A stretch of DNA of 63,874 nt, counting the filler, from Atractiella rhizophila (lineage: Eukaryota): assembly GCA_021432655.1 (NCBI GenBank). It is 9 parts of 8 records of this genome, joined end to end, with 100 filler letters (N's around TTAATTAATTAA, not from the genome) between each part and the next. Parts side by side here need not be neighbours in the genome. Positions count along the whole stretch, not along the records: positions 11,421 to 22,692 come from MU272042.1; positions 22,793 to 34,055 come from MU272043.1; 7 more parts are not named here. One strand, given 5' to 3'. The notes beneath the pieces are model-generated. The model did no database searches. It was not told the DNA's origin and saw only the letters and a program-made list of their open reading frames with translations. Every line of letters begins with the position of its first letter. The stretch's first letter is position 1. This document shows positions 12,897 to 25,871 of the stretch, in pieces. Position numbers and translations under genes: made by a program.

Positions 12897-13128
12897 TGTT
12901 GAAGCTGAGGTTCATCAGAGTGACAGAACGAAGAAAGATCAGCATTGCATGAACGTTGGTGAGGAGTCACCTACCTGAGGTTCATCAGAGTGACAGAACG
13001 AAGAAAAGATGAACCTCAGATAGCTGAAAAACAGACTAAACTACGGAGCGGGGAACTGACACCAGATGCGATAGCCAGCTCAAGAGGGCAGAAAGAAAGT
13101 AAAGGTTGAAAACGTAATAACTTCAACA
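12897..13128 (-). mobile_element. Solo LTR of a Ty1/copia family related to the element at 45.5-48.6 kb
   Basis: TGTTGAA...TTCAACA termini, 5-bp TSD CAGAC (12892-12896 and 13129-13133), 232 bp; shares CTGAGGTTCATC/GATGAACCTCAG and CCGCTC(C)CGTAGTTTA with LTR 48401-48637. Confidence 0.93.
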
Positions 13129-13656
13129 CAGACTAAATTCCAAGGCCATTGATTCAGATAGATTCGAAACAAGGTCGATATATCCAGATATATCCCTGGA
13201 CAGATCGAGATGGACGAAGCGAGACTTCTCGGGAGAAAGGTAAGATTGAGTCAGAGATTACCGCAAGACTACAGGATAGTCTTTCTCCAGTCGGAGGCAA
13301 CTCCCGCTTCTTCCCGTCTATCTGGAACAAATATAACATCTCTTCCTCTTTCGTCCTGCCCTTTGTCTGTGTTAAGAAGACCTTACCTTTATCCTGAGAA
13401 CGAGTGGCTGATAACCCTAACGCAATCCCAATGTTGGGATTTTCGACCGCTCGATTCAACTGGCAACATTCATGATTTTGGACAACTCAACGTTCCTCAA
13501 CCACGTTCAATATTACTGAATTGTGCCTATCAAGCGCACAAGTTCAGTCGGAGGTACATCACGCAAAGGGCCAGAGATTTCTCATCATAATTGCGCGCAA
13601 TTTGTGAGGGACAAGGTCGAAACAGAGCCACAAGGACGAAAATTGTTGACGTGAAT

Positions 13657-15240
13657 ATGTCAACCAGATCCGCTAACCAGGACGCATTCGACTCGGAAAA
13701 CAGCAAACCATCATCACCTCTCGCATTCTCTTTCTCTCGCGCCTCAAAAGACATGGCCCATCCGTCCGTCATCCCGGATCCTCCCACCGACTTTGCGACT
13801 CCCTCAACTTCTTCCAAGGACCCTTTTCCTCCCGCGCTCGCACCGGTTGGAAAGGGATTGCCAGAAAACGATAGGCTCATGGCTCCTGTGACTAAGGTAC
13901 GTACTCTCGATCTGCTGCTTTGCTCCTCTCGTTGATGATATCATGATCAACATCGACAGTTCATTCGCTCTTCCTCCCCGAAGAGGAATCCATCCTTCTT
14001 CAGGGTGCTTCGGTACATGCTCACCTCTCCAGTGGGCAGAGAGCCATTACTGGTTGGTTCTTCCTTCGAGGCTTCTGTCGAGCATGGTGATGACCAAAGT
14101 GTGATGGATCCAGCGATTCATCCAGTACACTCTGCGTTTCTACGTCTTCGTCCTTCTCTCCTCCTCTTCTTCCTCCGCCCAATCTCAAGGAACGGTGGCA
14201 AGGCACTCTACGCTCCGACTACTCCTCCTCGTCTCGCTCCTCTCCACCTTCCGCAAATTCCTTTCCTTCTCCCTCTTCTCTCCATCCTCTCCGCCTCCAA
14301 AGACGCCTCCGTCCACTACCGTCACCACAGATGCCTACTTCCCCACCTCAGGCACGGGAAGGAACCGTTCACAGAGTCTAGAGTCGATCGCGCAACAATC
14401 GGAGCGTCTACAGAAGAGACTAAGGCTGAAAGCATCTCTCGAATCCATGGGAGGATGCAGCGCCTCCCTGCTCTCCATCATCGAAGACCTCTCTCTAGTC
14501 CTCCGGCTTGCTCTCCTCCTAACCTCTTCCCTCCCTACCACCCTCGTCAATGGCGCTCCGGCACCCAAGCCGCGATCGTTAGCACTGTCGGGGGAAGTTA
14601 GCGGATGCGATGTTGTGCGGGAGCGCGTTCAGTAGTTTCTTCTTGACCCTGATGGAAATCCAAGAGCTGGATTGGTTCGTGGGACGAATGAAGAGGCGGA
14701 TAGGGGACTATAGAAGGTTATGCACTCGTCGATCCAGTCACTGGACAATATCGCCCTCTCCCCGAAAGGACTCTCGCAACCCAACACGCCTGCACCCAGA
14801 CCCATCTTCGATTATAACGCCGCGGTCTTCTCCTCCGCTTCGACCTCACCTGAAGGTGCCAGAGCGTCGTTACCCGTGTCTCGTGAGAGTTTGGCGGAGC
14901 TGGAGAGGATGAGGGAGGGAGAGATGAGGGAGAGGTATGAGTTGGATTTGGAGAGGATCAGAGGGTTGAGGAGGAGGTTGAGGAGTGGAGTGAAGAGGAG
15001 GAGGTGGCTTTGGGTCGAGAATGCGAAGTATGCGGCCGATTGCATCTTCGCTTTTTGGGGCGTCTTCGATTACTCTTTTTATTCTGAAAGCACACGTTCG
15101 ATCTCCGGAGCCGTATCCGCTTTGATCGGGTACGTCTTGACCTGCTCCGCTTTTTCTCGTACATGCACAGTGAAGAAGCGAGCTGACATTGGACTATGGG
15201 GTTAGATTTGTGCATGCTTTCATGGCTGTGAGAGAGGCGT
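13657..15240 (+). CDS. Pex11/Pex25-like peroxisomal membrane protein (tentative)
   Basis: Multi-exon; MLTSPVGREPLL|RFIQYTLR near the N-terminus and WLWVENAKYAADCIFAF...SGAVSALIG near the C-terminus resemble the Pex11 family; runs into an N gap. Confidence 0.5.
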
Positions 15241-18140
15241 NNNNNNNNNNNNNNNNNNNNNNNNNNNNNNNNNNNNNNNNNNNNNNNNNNNNNNNNNNNN
15301 NNNNNNNNNNNNNNNNNNNNNNNNNNNNNNNNNNNNNNNNNNNNNNNNNNNNNNNNNNNNNNNNNNNNNNNNNNNNNNNNNNNNNNNNNNNNNNNNNNNN
15401 NNNNNNNNNNNNNNNNNNNNNNNNNNNNNNNNNNNNNNNNNNNNNNNNNNNNNNNNNNNNNNNNNNNNNNNNNNNNNNNNNNNNNNNNNNNNNNNNNNNN
15501 NNNNNNNNNNNNNNNNNNNNNNNNNNNNNNNNNNNNNNNNNNNNNNNNNNNNNNNNNNNNNNNNNNNNNNNNNNNNNNNNNNNNNNNNNNNNNNNNNNNN
15601 NNNNNNNNNNNNNNNNNNNNNNNNNNNNNNNNNNNNNNNNNNNNNNNNNNNNNNNNNNNNNNNNNNNNNNNNNNNNNNNNNNNNNNNNNNNNNNNNNNNN
15701 NNNNNNNNNNNNNNNNNNNNNNNNNNNNNNNNNNNNNNNNNNNNNNNNNNNNNNNNNNNNNNNNNNNNNNNNNNNNNNNNNNNNNNNNNNNNNNNNNNNN
15801 NNNNNNNNNNNNNNNNNNNNNNNNNNNNNNNNNNNNNNNNNNNNNNNNNNNNNNNNNNNNNNNNNNNTCGAATATCAATGGGGTCCAGTCGCTTTTACTT
15901 GACGTGCCAGTGGCTCTCCTCGACATTATTTCGTGCTCCAAATCAACTTCATCATGTAGGATGTTTATAAAGCATGCCATCCCGATGTCTTGCTTGTCCA
16001 TGCATATTCGCTTACCATATAGAGATTGAACAGAAATTCATCCATGTTTATGTACGCTATCAGCTTCATGGTCAACTGCTGGCTAGTAGTACACATCATG
16101 CACCATGCACGCTCGCCTTCAGGTTCAGCTTGAAGTTGCGATCCTCTGTTTTCTTCATCAGGGTTCCTTGACTGCTGTTGATCGATATCGCTGATCCACC
16201 CGAAGAGGACGATGCAGAGCAGCCACTGAGGTGCCCATGACTAACGAGAGACAGTTTTGTGCGCGGAATGGCGGGAACTCTCGTAGTTAGATTTCAGAAG
16301 GGACACGCCTCTTCCTGGAAGGTTTGGCGCTACTGCGTACGTCCCTCTGAACAGATTCAATCCGTCCTCGCTACAGCTACACTATCAAAACGCGGGATCC
16401 ATTCGCGGAAGCTCCCAATTCTACATGTCTCGATCAAGGACGTTAAGTCAGTTGCAGCTCACCGTCCCCGAAGAAGTGTCGGGCTCTATGTGCCGACAGT
16501 TACGTTGGCGCGAGTGATCTGGCAACGCGCGCCGCACTCAAAACGTTAGGGGAGCTGCTCGTCATCGTTTCAACTCATTACATTGCATACAGTAATTTGA
16601 CCGGGAAGTCTGACCTTGCTCCTGCTCGTGAGCTCGTGATAAACAAGCTGAAGATGTTGAATACTAGTACGCTGTTCTTGTTAGGGCAACGTGATGTACA
16701 GGTACACCAACTGTTCCTGATTTATCTTTCTTATGCACTTACTTACCTTAGCCGCGGCTTTCTTCCTGCAATCAGTTGACCAGGCTGGCGACGACCGCGC
16801 CAGTTCGCGTCTTCTTTCAGTTACGCCGTGCAAAGTTGCGAAGACCGCGTTATTCGAAAGTTGAAAAGATACCCTCGAGTCTTGCTTTGAGCATTCGTTC
16901 GTCCACACGCGGAGTGGCAGCATTGTGGGATTGGGATTGCAACATGACAGCTTGTAACCGCTTATGAGCTCGCTTTGAGGATGTGACCTCCTGACGAACA
17001 GAACAACGCAGGAGGACAGCTTGCCAGTGCATGTCACTTTGTGTACATTGTGGGACATCGATCAATTCAATGTGCAACCGCAAAGCGCAAAGTGTGCTCA
17101 CTTCTGTCTCTTCCAATGTTACTGTATTTACCCGCCGGTCCTAGATCGCACGACGCGTGTATCTTCGCCTTTTCATCTGTCAGCTGAACTCGTTGATTGT
17201 CGACACGCGCAACTCCCTTTCTCCGAAACGAGCTGAGACGAGTTGCTTTTCTGAAGCTATCACGGAGTCAGCTTGGCGGTAGCACGAGATTCTATGTAGC
17301 CTGTTGACACTTTTACCGTCCCCGTCCACAGACAATTAATCGATTGATCGATTACCAAGTACGGCGACCGGGAGAGCTAATGACAAACCTCTCGTTTCAC
17401 CAGCCATCAGATCACCAGAGGCTCATACCCGGACGTTCCACGAGCTCGTCCAAGAAAAGCACGAAAACAGTAGTGTGCTTCTCTCCAGGTCTCCGACGGG
17501 GATCTAAAGTGAGAGGATGATTAGAGGCGTTTGCCCTGGTATGCTAGCGGCGACCGTGAAGGCTGTTGTGTTGCTGTTCTAGCGCTGAGCGAGGTAGACG
17601 GCCGAAGAACATACAAAGTAGGGATCGCCTCATTGGGCGTCCATTTCGAGAGATTTCCCTGATTTCCATGGCAAACTCATGGAGATGCTACCGAGATCAG
17701 GAGTGTACGGGAGTACCGCTGGTAGTAGTCCTCCGAGTCCGATCCTCAATTCTCCTCGATTCGCCAGCTCGATTCGCTGAGTGTCGTATCCTCTCGAAGT
17801 ATGAGACAAAGTACATTCGTACAGAGTGCGATTGCTGAGGCAACTTTCAAGTTCCCAAGGTTGTGGATGCATGTGTCCACTGTTCTTTTCCATGACAAGG
17901 CTTGATTGGGATTTGTTCGTCAATGTACGAAACACAGCTGCCAATAGAAGTGAGTCACCTCCGCGCCTGGAGACGTTTTTACGCTTGGTGGCATGCAGCA
18001 CGACTCAAAGCCGCTGCTCCGACTGCATTCTTATCTCCCGAGCGATACACTTCGGCTTATTTCTCAATAGGTGCGTCTTAGAACTGGTGCCCGTTGCGCG
18101 AACGCTTCGCGGAGTTCGTTGCCTTGACTTGGCCCGTTCT

Positions 18141-18328
18141 TATAAAAGGTTCTCGCTCTCTTTCGTCCCTCCCCCAGTTTCTATCCAACCATCACTGTAC
18201 TTCCATACCCACATTGCCAAACCACAAAGGACACTTTCACCTTCTATACAGAGCCATGGCCATCAGTAATAGCAACAACGACGCAAAATACTACGGACGT
18301 AAAGGTGCGTTCATTCAACTTTATTCAT
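18141..18328 (+). CDS. TATA box and first exon of an unidentified gene cut by a gap
   Basis: TATAAAA at ~18141, CT-rich leader, ATG 18256 (MAISNSNNDAKYYGRKG), donor GTGCGT at ~18305. Confidence 0.4.
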
Positions 18329-18482
18329 NNNNNNNNNNNNNNNNNNNNNNNNNNNNNNNNNNNNNNNNNNNNNNNNNNNNNNNNNNNNNNNNNNNNNNNN
18401 NNNNNNNNNNNNNNNNNNNNNNNNNNNNNNNNNNNNNNNNNNNNNNNNNNNNNNNNNNNNNNNNNNNNNNNNNNNNNNNNNN

Positions 18483-20200
18483 CACGCTTCGTTCCGCCGG
18501 GAGGAGGAGAAAAGGTGGTAGCTGAGGAGGAGAGGCGAGAATAGGAGAGTTGTTCGATGAACTTTCTATTAAGAAAGAGAAGGGCAAGTACCGCGCTTCG
18601 AAGTTACAGCAAAACCTGGTAAGGGGTTTAGCTGCCCTACGTTGACCTCGACGACGTTCGGGAGTTAACCGCAAATGCAAACCTTCCACTCCTAGACCCT
18701 GCCAATAACCTCTTCATACTTCACCTCACCCTCAGCTATCTTCCTGCGTATTTCTGGCTCTTCCTCTTCCGACAGCCCTTCCACAGTGGTTCAAAACGCA
18801 GCAAGGCTTGGTACCCCAAACTCTCTCCGTTCCCACGTTTCTCCCTCACCTGCTAACGGAAAGACTTTCCGACGCTATCGCTGAGCCTCCTCAGTTTTAT
18901 GCCAAGCTTTAGTACAACTAAACACTTACACATACGTTTGAGCAGTAACACATTTAATGCAGAAGTAAGCCCTGATTTCACTTACGTTGAGTCTACAACA
19001 TGTTGTCCTCGCCATAAATAAAGTGTAATAGCTATATGCCACTCCTAAAACTCGTTCATTCTTGAGCAGTTCTCACTATGTTTGTTAACGCTTACTTACT
19101 TCACAGGTAACACCGTGTCTTCTCAGGTAACTTACAGGGTTCCTTACTTTACACATACGTGGCCTTCCCATTACTATTATTTTCCCATAATCAGACTTAG
19201 GTCGCATGTTTTCACTTCGTCGTCTGATCTACGCTACTACGCTGCCTTAGCTAAAACTTTTGCTCACTGCTGCTTTTAACGGGTTTTAGGTTTACTTATG
19301 GTTAAGGTTGTTCTGATGTTGGATTTCCAAAGAAGTGCTGCACTGGGTCTCCGGCGCGGAGAGGTTGCTGAGTTAGCCGGAGCATCTTCGGACCTCTTAC
19401 GAGGGGCTGGCGAAAGCGAACTTCCTCCTTCCTACTAAGCTTACGCTCAATCCTAAGCCTAAGCTCACTACGCTTGCACTCCCATTCCTTCGCTCAAACC
19501 GCCGAACAGCTACTTCACTTAGACGGAACGCTAGGGCGTAGTTAAAGAGGAGGGTGAGGCGTTACATCGAAAGCTGCTAGAGAAAGTCTAGTCCTCTCGG
19601 GATGTAAGGTTCCAATAATACCCCCCTTCTACTCGTTTACATCTGTATGGTCTCAGGTTAGATCTCTCGAGTAGTAGAGGTAGAGGTAGAGCAATTGAAG
19701 TGCATCTCACTTCTCTCTGAAACCTACGCTATCGCTTCCTAGCTAAACTCATCGACAGCAGGTACGATATGAACCACCGGTTCTCGTCCCGTCACTTTTA
19801 ATCGGCCACTACTTGGTTAGCTCGATCGCCGCGTAGGTAGAGACGACTCCTCTTCCTCATTTGTCGGCTATTTGCCAAGTGATTAGTGGTGCCTCTCCGT
19901 CAGTCGAGCTAGAGTAAAAGGTGTGGCGTTTGCATGCTTCCACTTCTCGCACCTTCTGCCAACAAACTCCCTCCCGCCAAGCTATCTTCTTCATTCGGAA
20001 AGGTTCTTTCCAGTCGTAGGTCGAACTGGTGTTGTTGACCTTTGAATGTTCGGTAAGAGGCTACCAACCGCCGCTCAGTGGATACTGCCTCCTTCTACAA
20101 CGTGCTCGCTAAACGAACCGATGAAAGCGCCCCGATGTGATCGAGAAAGGCGCAGGAGGAGATGGATGGCGAAGAAGACGTAGGAGTTCGGTATAGATGT
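18483..20200 (-). mobile_element. Heavily mutated repeat relic, possibly a BED-finger (hAT-like) transposase
   Basis: Strong TpA excess and stops in all frames read; remnants DPVQHFFG and NPVSYLRRHG on the minus strand weakly resemble a BED finger. Confidence 0.35.
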
Positions 20201-20479
20201 GCGATATAGTAAATGTGACTACAGTCGGCTTTGGTGTCAGGTTTTTATTGTAGTAGAATGAACGAGCGCACCATCCACGTTGAGATCCGTGGTGGAGTTA
20301 CTTGTGTCGGAACGTAACACGCTGGAATCGGGAACAAGGCTTGCATCGACATTTCGCAAAAAATCGACAATTCTGTCTCAAATGCTTAAGCTATGGAAGG
20401 AGTAAATAAAGGTACGATACCGACCTTGTCTGCAGAAGAAAAAGTCACCTCTCTTATTGACGGCGATGATCCTAGGACG

Positions 20480-22692
20480 GCTAAGATTCAACTTTGCGGT
20501 TGGAGCAACAGGCATTTTGTGACAATGTTTGAATTGACAATATCCTAAACCTCCTCCATTTGTACCTCTCTGGCATGCTCCATCTTTGCGCATAGAACTA
20601 ACCGTTCCCACCCGCCGCCCTTTGACGCACCGAAGGCAGTCCCGAAGAGCAGCATCCATATCATGCCTCTGAATCGGCATGTCGTCGGACTTGGAGGATC
20701 AGACGCAGAGTCCTCGGTAAGGTGTCAATAATCTCACAGAACGACAGCCAGGTGAAGATACGCATGTCTACTCGGTACATCATCGAGAAATGCCGAGGAT
20801 AATCGATAATCATCAATTATTTCTCCGTTAAACGATGAATGATGACCGGAATATGAAGCTCCAATTGAGCTCAAACGCAGACCACGCAAACGCAAACATT
20901 GCACTAGCCCTGAAAAGAGTGGTGCAACTGTAAAATCAAAGCGACCACTCGATTCCAAAGCTGTCTTCGTGGAATCCGATAGCTCGACGCGTGCAAAGTA
21001 ACATGTCAGACAAGGAGGCATCAACGAGCGGGTTCAACAGAGCCCCATTGTTCATTTGTACAACTGTGAGCTTCATTGGGAGTAGCTACGGTTGTGTTAT
21101 TGAAACAATCTCGTGTATCTATTCACCAAAATACTGCGGTCAGAATCCGAGTATTGACACATTGAGGCAATTAAGGGATGAACCGAACACCTGTACTATA
21201 AGGACCTCAATACTCTTCTAGACTGGACAGCTGCACATGTTGCAAACCGCAGTTGTTCGCCACAGCATCCCACATCTCAAGGACCTGCCACATCAAAAAG
21301 CCTGTGAGATTATGACTCAGGGATGAAACGGCCAACCTGGTCACACAACGGTCCATTGACCTCTGACCGAAGTCGCAGTGCAATCTCGAAGAATCGAAGA
21401 GCACAAGATTTATCGCCGCGATCTAAAGCTTCGATTCCTTCCTCCCAAGAGGTTATGACTAGCCTGCAAGAGAAGCATGACTAAGCTGATACGATGCATT
21501 GGAAAGAAATCCTCACCATTGTAGCTCGTCTACAGGATACGATCCAGAGCCATGGCGATCGAGGCATTCGATGGCTTTGTGCATGTACCCTTGCATCTCT
21601 GTCTTATCCCCATTATCGAGGGCAGCGATTATTAATATGCGGATCCACCGTGCAAGTTGATCTCTGTAGCGGTATGAACTGGGGCAAAAGTTGTGGTTCA
21701 GGGCTCACTGGGTGACAGCACCATTGTCAAGTTGTTTCGACAGAAGCGCCTGACGATAATTTCAGCGTCCATACCATTTAAGAGTCTGGCACCCTACCTC
21801 GAGCATGCGTAAAAAAGCTTCTTTGCCCGCTGACTCTATGTTCAGGAGTGCATCTCCAAGCATTTCAACGACTTTCGCATCGTTCGCTTCATTCTAGAAA
21901 GGAGGAGGGAAAGCGATGGAAGTGACGGTCTCGAGGAGGCAGAGAGAAGTACCTCAAGCGCTGCAAAGCACTCGTCCCACTCTCCAAGGCGGGCTGTGGC
22001 CTCCCAAGCAGCGCAAAATAAGGACTGCTTCATGATGGAATCACTTTGGTGGTATATCGCCTCTTGTGCTCGTTGCTTCACGCTATTCCAATCCGCCTAA
22101 ATCCTTATCTTGTAACCATACACACTTTGATAGAGGAAAGAACCTACATCTTCCTTATCCCTTGCCAGGTGGAGTTTGATGATGGCGCTGAAAAATAGCA
22201 ACCAGGCAAGAGCTGCTGAAGTCCCATCATCACTCGGTAAAAGTTGTCCCAATGAAATCGACACTTCTGCGAGTCGATCCAGGATGACGGACGGAATAGA
22301 TTCGACACTCTCGCAGCAGAGGTTATAAGCTGATCAGGGGTTCGTAAGGACTAAATGTCTCAATTGAGATAAATACCTTCGGCAAAGAACCAATGAGCAG
22401 ATTCTTGGCTGCTCGCACAGGAATTAAGATCCTGCAGGTTCTTCAAGGCTTTAGAGTTATCAATATAGAGGAAGTAGTAGGATAGCAACGACTTGCTGCT
22501 TTCAAAATGTTGACAGATATCCAAAAGAGCTGCAGCCCTACGCCAACCGACTAGTGAGCCGTCATCCCCAGGAATCCGAAAATTCATACTCAAATGGTTC
22601 GGAATTTCGTAGGCTACCGATAAGCAGGTTCAACGAGCATCTGTTCTGGTTGAGCCCACACTGCTTAACGAACGTGAAAAGTAGACAAACCT
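20480..22692 (-). CDS. Helical-repeat protein, possibly SPO22/ZIP4-like; partial and possibly disrupted
   Basis: Multi-exon helical protein (WRRAAALLDICQHF, IIKLHLARDKED|WNSV, AAWEATARLGEWDECF, WDAVANNCG); family call rests on weak resemblance; some in-frame stops. Confidence 0.3.
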
Positions 22693-22792
22693 NNNNNNNN
22701 NNNNNNNNNNNNNNNNNNNNNNNNNNNNNNNNNNNNTTAATTAATTAANNNNNNNNNNNNNNNNNNNNNNNNNNNNNNNNNNNNNNNNNNNN

Positions 22793-23218
22793 CAAACACT
22801 CATCTATCGACTAAGTGGCTTCCCACAAAACCGGCGCCACCAGTAACCACAATTCTCTTCCTCTCCTTCATCGGCACGAATCTGACAGGCATGTAATTGG
22901 TGGTAGTCGGGATATAAGTGAATCCAATCTTCTTCCTCTCCTCCTTCTCCTCCTGCTCCTCCTCCGTAACCTCGATCGAAGGATTAGGCGAATGCGTTCT
23001 AGTGGACGGAGGCTCCGTCCATCTTGGACTTAAATATAGTGATTGGAGCGTCTCGAGCGCAACGTAGGAGTTCTTCGACACTGATTCAGGATGGTAGACA
23101 CCTATCCAAACGTTCAAAAGCTTCATTCAGCTCCTGCATCCCATTCCTCACTGTGAAGAGTCGTACCGACTGACTTGATCTCGTTTCCCTGCTTGTCTTT
23201 TGCTACGAAGCGCTGCAT
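22793..23218 (-). CDS. UXS1: UDP-glucuronate decarboxylase (UDP-xylose synthase), 5' part
   Basis: MQRFVAKDK...G|VYHPESVSKNSY...MPVRFVPMKERKRIVVTGGAGFVGSHLVDR; cut by linker. Confidence 0.88.
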
Positions 23219-23618
23219 GGTTGCGGTTGGAGTTGCCTGAGACCTCTGGAGGTTGATTTTATGAGAGAAACAGGCAAATTGCAGGCAAATTACGAAAGCG
23301 TTGGTGGAACAACAGGTAACCAGCGGCAACAGCGCCATGGAATTTGAAGAATGCGGAACTTGCAACTTGCAACTTCTTCAACAAACGAGAACGTGACTGC
23401 AAAGTGTCTTCACACTGCTCGAGAGGTCCCTGCAGAACCAAAGCACTATTCTATGGGCCCAACGTTCAATTTCAACGATACTTGTTGTGAGGGTCCATCT
23501 AGTCTCTACAGTCGCTCCTTATGTGCAATTGCCCCAAATCAAACAACGTCTAACTCTCCCAAGGAGAAACCACAAGAGAAATGTACAGAGAAAGAACGAA
23601 TGACAACATGATACTAGA

Positions 23619-24614
23619 CTAGACGCACTGCCCGTCTTTGAGAAGGAAACCATCTTGACAGCGGAGAGCAACGCAAGAACCAGCTTCACATCCCACGCCA
23701 CGAGCGTGAGAGGTCGTGAGGGTGCGATCGAAGGCAGAGCCACACCCTCCACGCGAGGAGACAGAAGTGTTCAACTGTTCCATCCACAATTATCACCGTC
23801 AGCTTTGTTAAGAGTAAGGAAAAGGATGGAGAGGAAGGCGTTTCGATACATTCAAATCCGCCGCTCATGAGAGGACAAGCCGTCTCTGACATGGGACACT
23901 GAGATTCGCGCTGGGATAGGAGGCTCTGAGCGAGTTCACGAACGCGAAGGCGAGCTCCGGACGATGGAGGCAGGGTGCATCTTTGGGCGAGTCAGCCGTC
24001 GATTCTAGGAAGGAGACACAAGGACTACTTGAACTTGTTGTGCACACTAGGGACTTTGCCTTGTGGACAAGCACAGGCATTACTATTACGGTGTGGCACA
24101 GATCAGATTAGATAGGAGACATGAGGAGACGACAAACTTTGTGACTTTCAAATCACCTTTACACTATCGCCCCGGTAACGATGAGATGACGGTTGCGGAA
24201 GGACGAAGCTCACCCAAAGACCGCAACCTGTTCCCCCTGGTGCTCGACGGCTAAAACGGATAGAGGGAAGGGAAGGCCAACCTTGGTTATCTGCGCAAAC
24301 CGCAAATCCAGTAGTAGGATCAGTCGGAGTGGACATATGTCCCATTTGTTGCTCCGTTCGATTTCGAGATCCGTCTTGCAAGCTCATTTGCCGGTCCTAT
24401 TACAACACGTCAGAATCTAGATTGGTCTCAAAGGCAGAGGAATAAACTCACGTCTAATTGAGAGCGACCCCTTTTCATTCTGTTCCCGACAAAGCAATGT
24501 AAGAATAAAATAAATGAGTGGAAGGAAAGGGGAAACGAACTGGACAGGAAGCTTGAACACGTTTAGTCAACTGGTGGCCGGAGCTACGTATTCAGTAAAA
24601 CTGGAAGCATCCAT
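23619..24614 (-). pseudogene. CPL1/PriA-like Cys-rich protein, degenerate
   Basis: CPMSETACPLMSGGFECIET ... SRGGCGSAFDRT...GVGCEAGSCVALRCQDGFLLKDGQCV*; upstream exons show stops or frameshift; 5' limit uncertain. Confidence 0.6.
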
Positions 24615-25871
24615 AGCTCTCCCTTCGTAACGTGAGATGGAACGAGATTGGAATGAACATTTCCTAAGGGCCGAAGAAGAGGAGAAAGGAGGCAGAGCTA
24701 AAAGGCGTGTGGAGAGAAACTTGGAGGAATTCATCTTAATATTTTATTAGAGGAGGGGTAAGGGAAGGAGTGAGCGGATAAGGATCGCCCGGTTTTGTGA
24801 TTTTAAAGCGGAACAGCGAATTCTTGGAAGGGATTCGAGAAGGTAGAAACGGTCTTTTATACTGTTCTTCCCGGTAGGCTTGCTCACGCTGGGAACAGTT
24901 GAGAACGCCTTCCGATAATGATAACATGTTATCCGACTTAGATATCTTTGGATGTGAATCGTAATCGAATCCAATCGACTGGTGAGAATGTTATTCAGCG
25001 ATCTCCATGACAGTCATAATTTTCTCTTCGCTTTCTCTGCGCATCCTCCACCCTCTGACTGACTTGCAGCGGGGACGAAGGATGCATGGATTTCTGTCGG
25101 AGACATGATGAATTGGAGCGAGGCCAAGTGAGACATTTCACTTTCCCTCTCTGGATCTCCGAGTCCAGCCACAGTTCTCAAGCTCACCGTTACTTCGTCC
25201 GAGAAGTCTTATTGTCCATCGCTCCAAGGGTATTAGCTTAGCAGCTTTGGACTGCTCTCTGCATGGTGCGACAGAGATTGGCCACCGAAATAAAATGCAC
25301 AATATGAGGGTGAATTAGGTAGGAAAAGAGAGAAACTCGGGTTGAGGGCGAGCAGGATGAGAAAAGAAGGACGCAAAGAACTGAAAAGTCCTGAAGGCTC
25401 TGCTAAAATCAAGAATAATGCCTGAAATAAATGCTGTGTCCAAGCTTGCAGGCGTCAATCATGGGCATGGTGCTTCAGCCAGGTGCAGTTTTCTCACCTA
25501 AAGTCACTGATGCATTGTTGAAACAATCTGTCTCGATAGCATCAACGCATTTATAGTAAGCCATGACCACGCATTTCGTTAGGAGGAAATCAAAATGATA
25601 TTTGAACGAATAACAAAGACAATGCGGATCTCTGTCAAAAGTATCGTAGAAATTAATCAGTCTAGCGCTTGATGGTTGAATGACGGATTCATCCTTATTC
25701 TAAACCTGTAGCATTATATGGGCAATAAGTGAACTTCATAATAAGGCTTTTATGGAATCATGGAGGCGGGCATTAAGCCATCATTATTTGAGCTCAACAA
25801 ACGTGATGGTAGCCTGACCAGGTTCTAATAGCTAACTGAGTGGAGAAATAGAATTCAACACACCAAGTTGA

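Noticed and set aside
12905..13010. Repeat-spacer-repeat resembling a mini CRISPR array (also 48522-48629)
   Set aside because: Only two units, eukaryotic context, no cas genes; explained as internal LTR structure.
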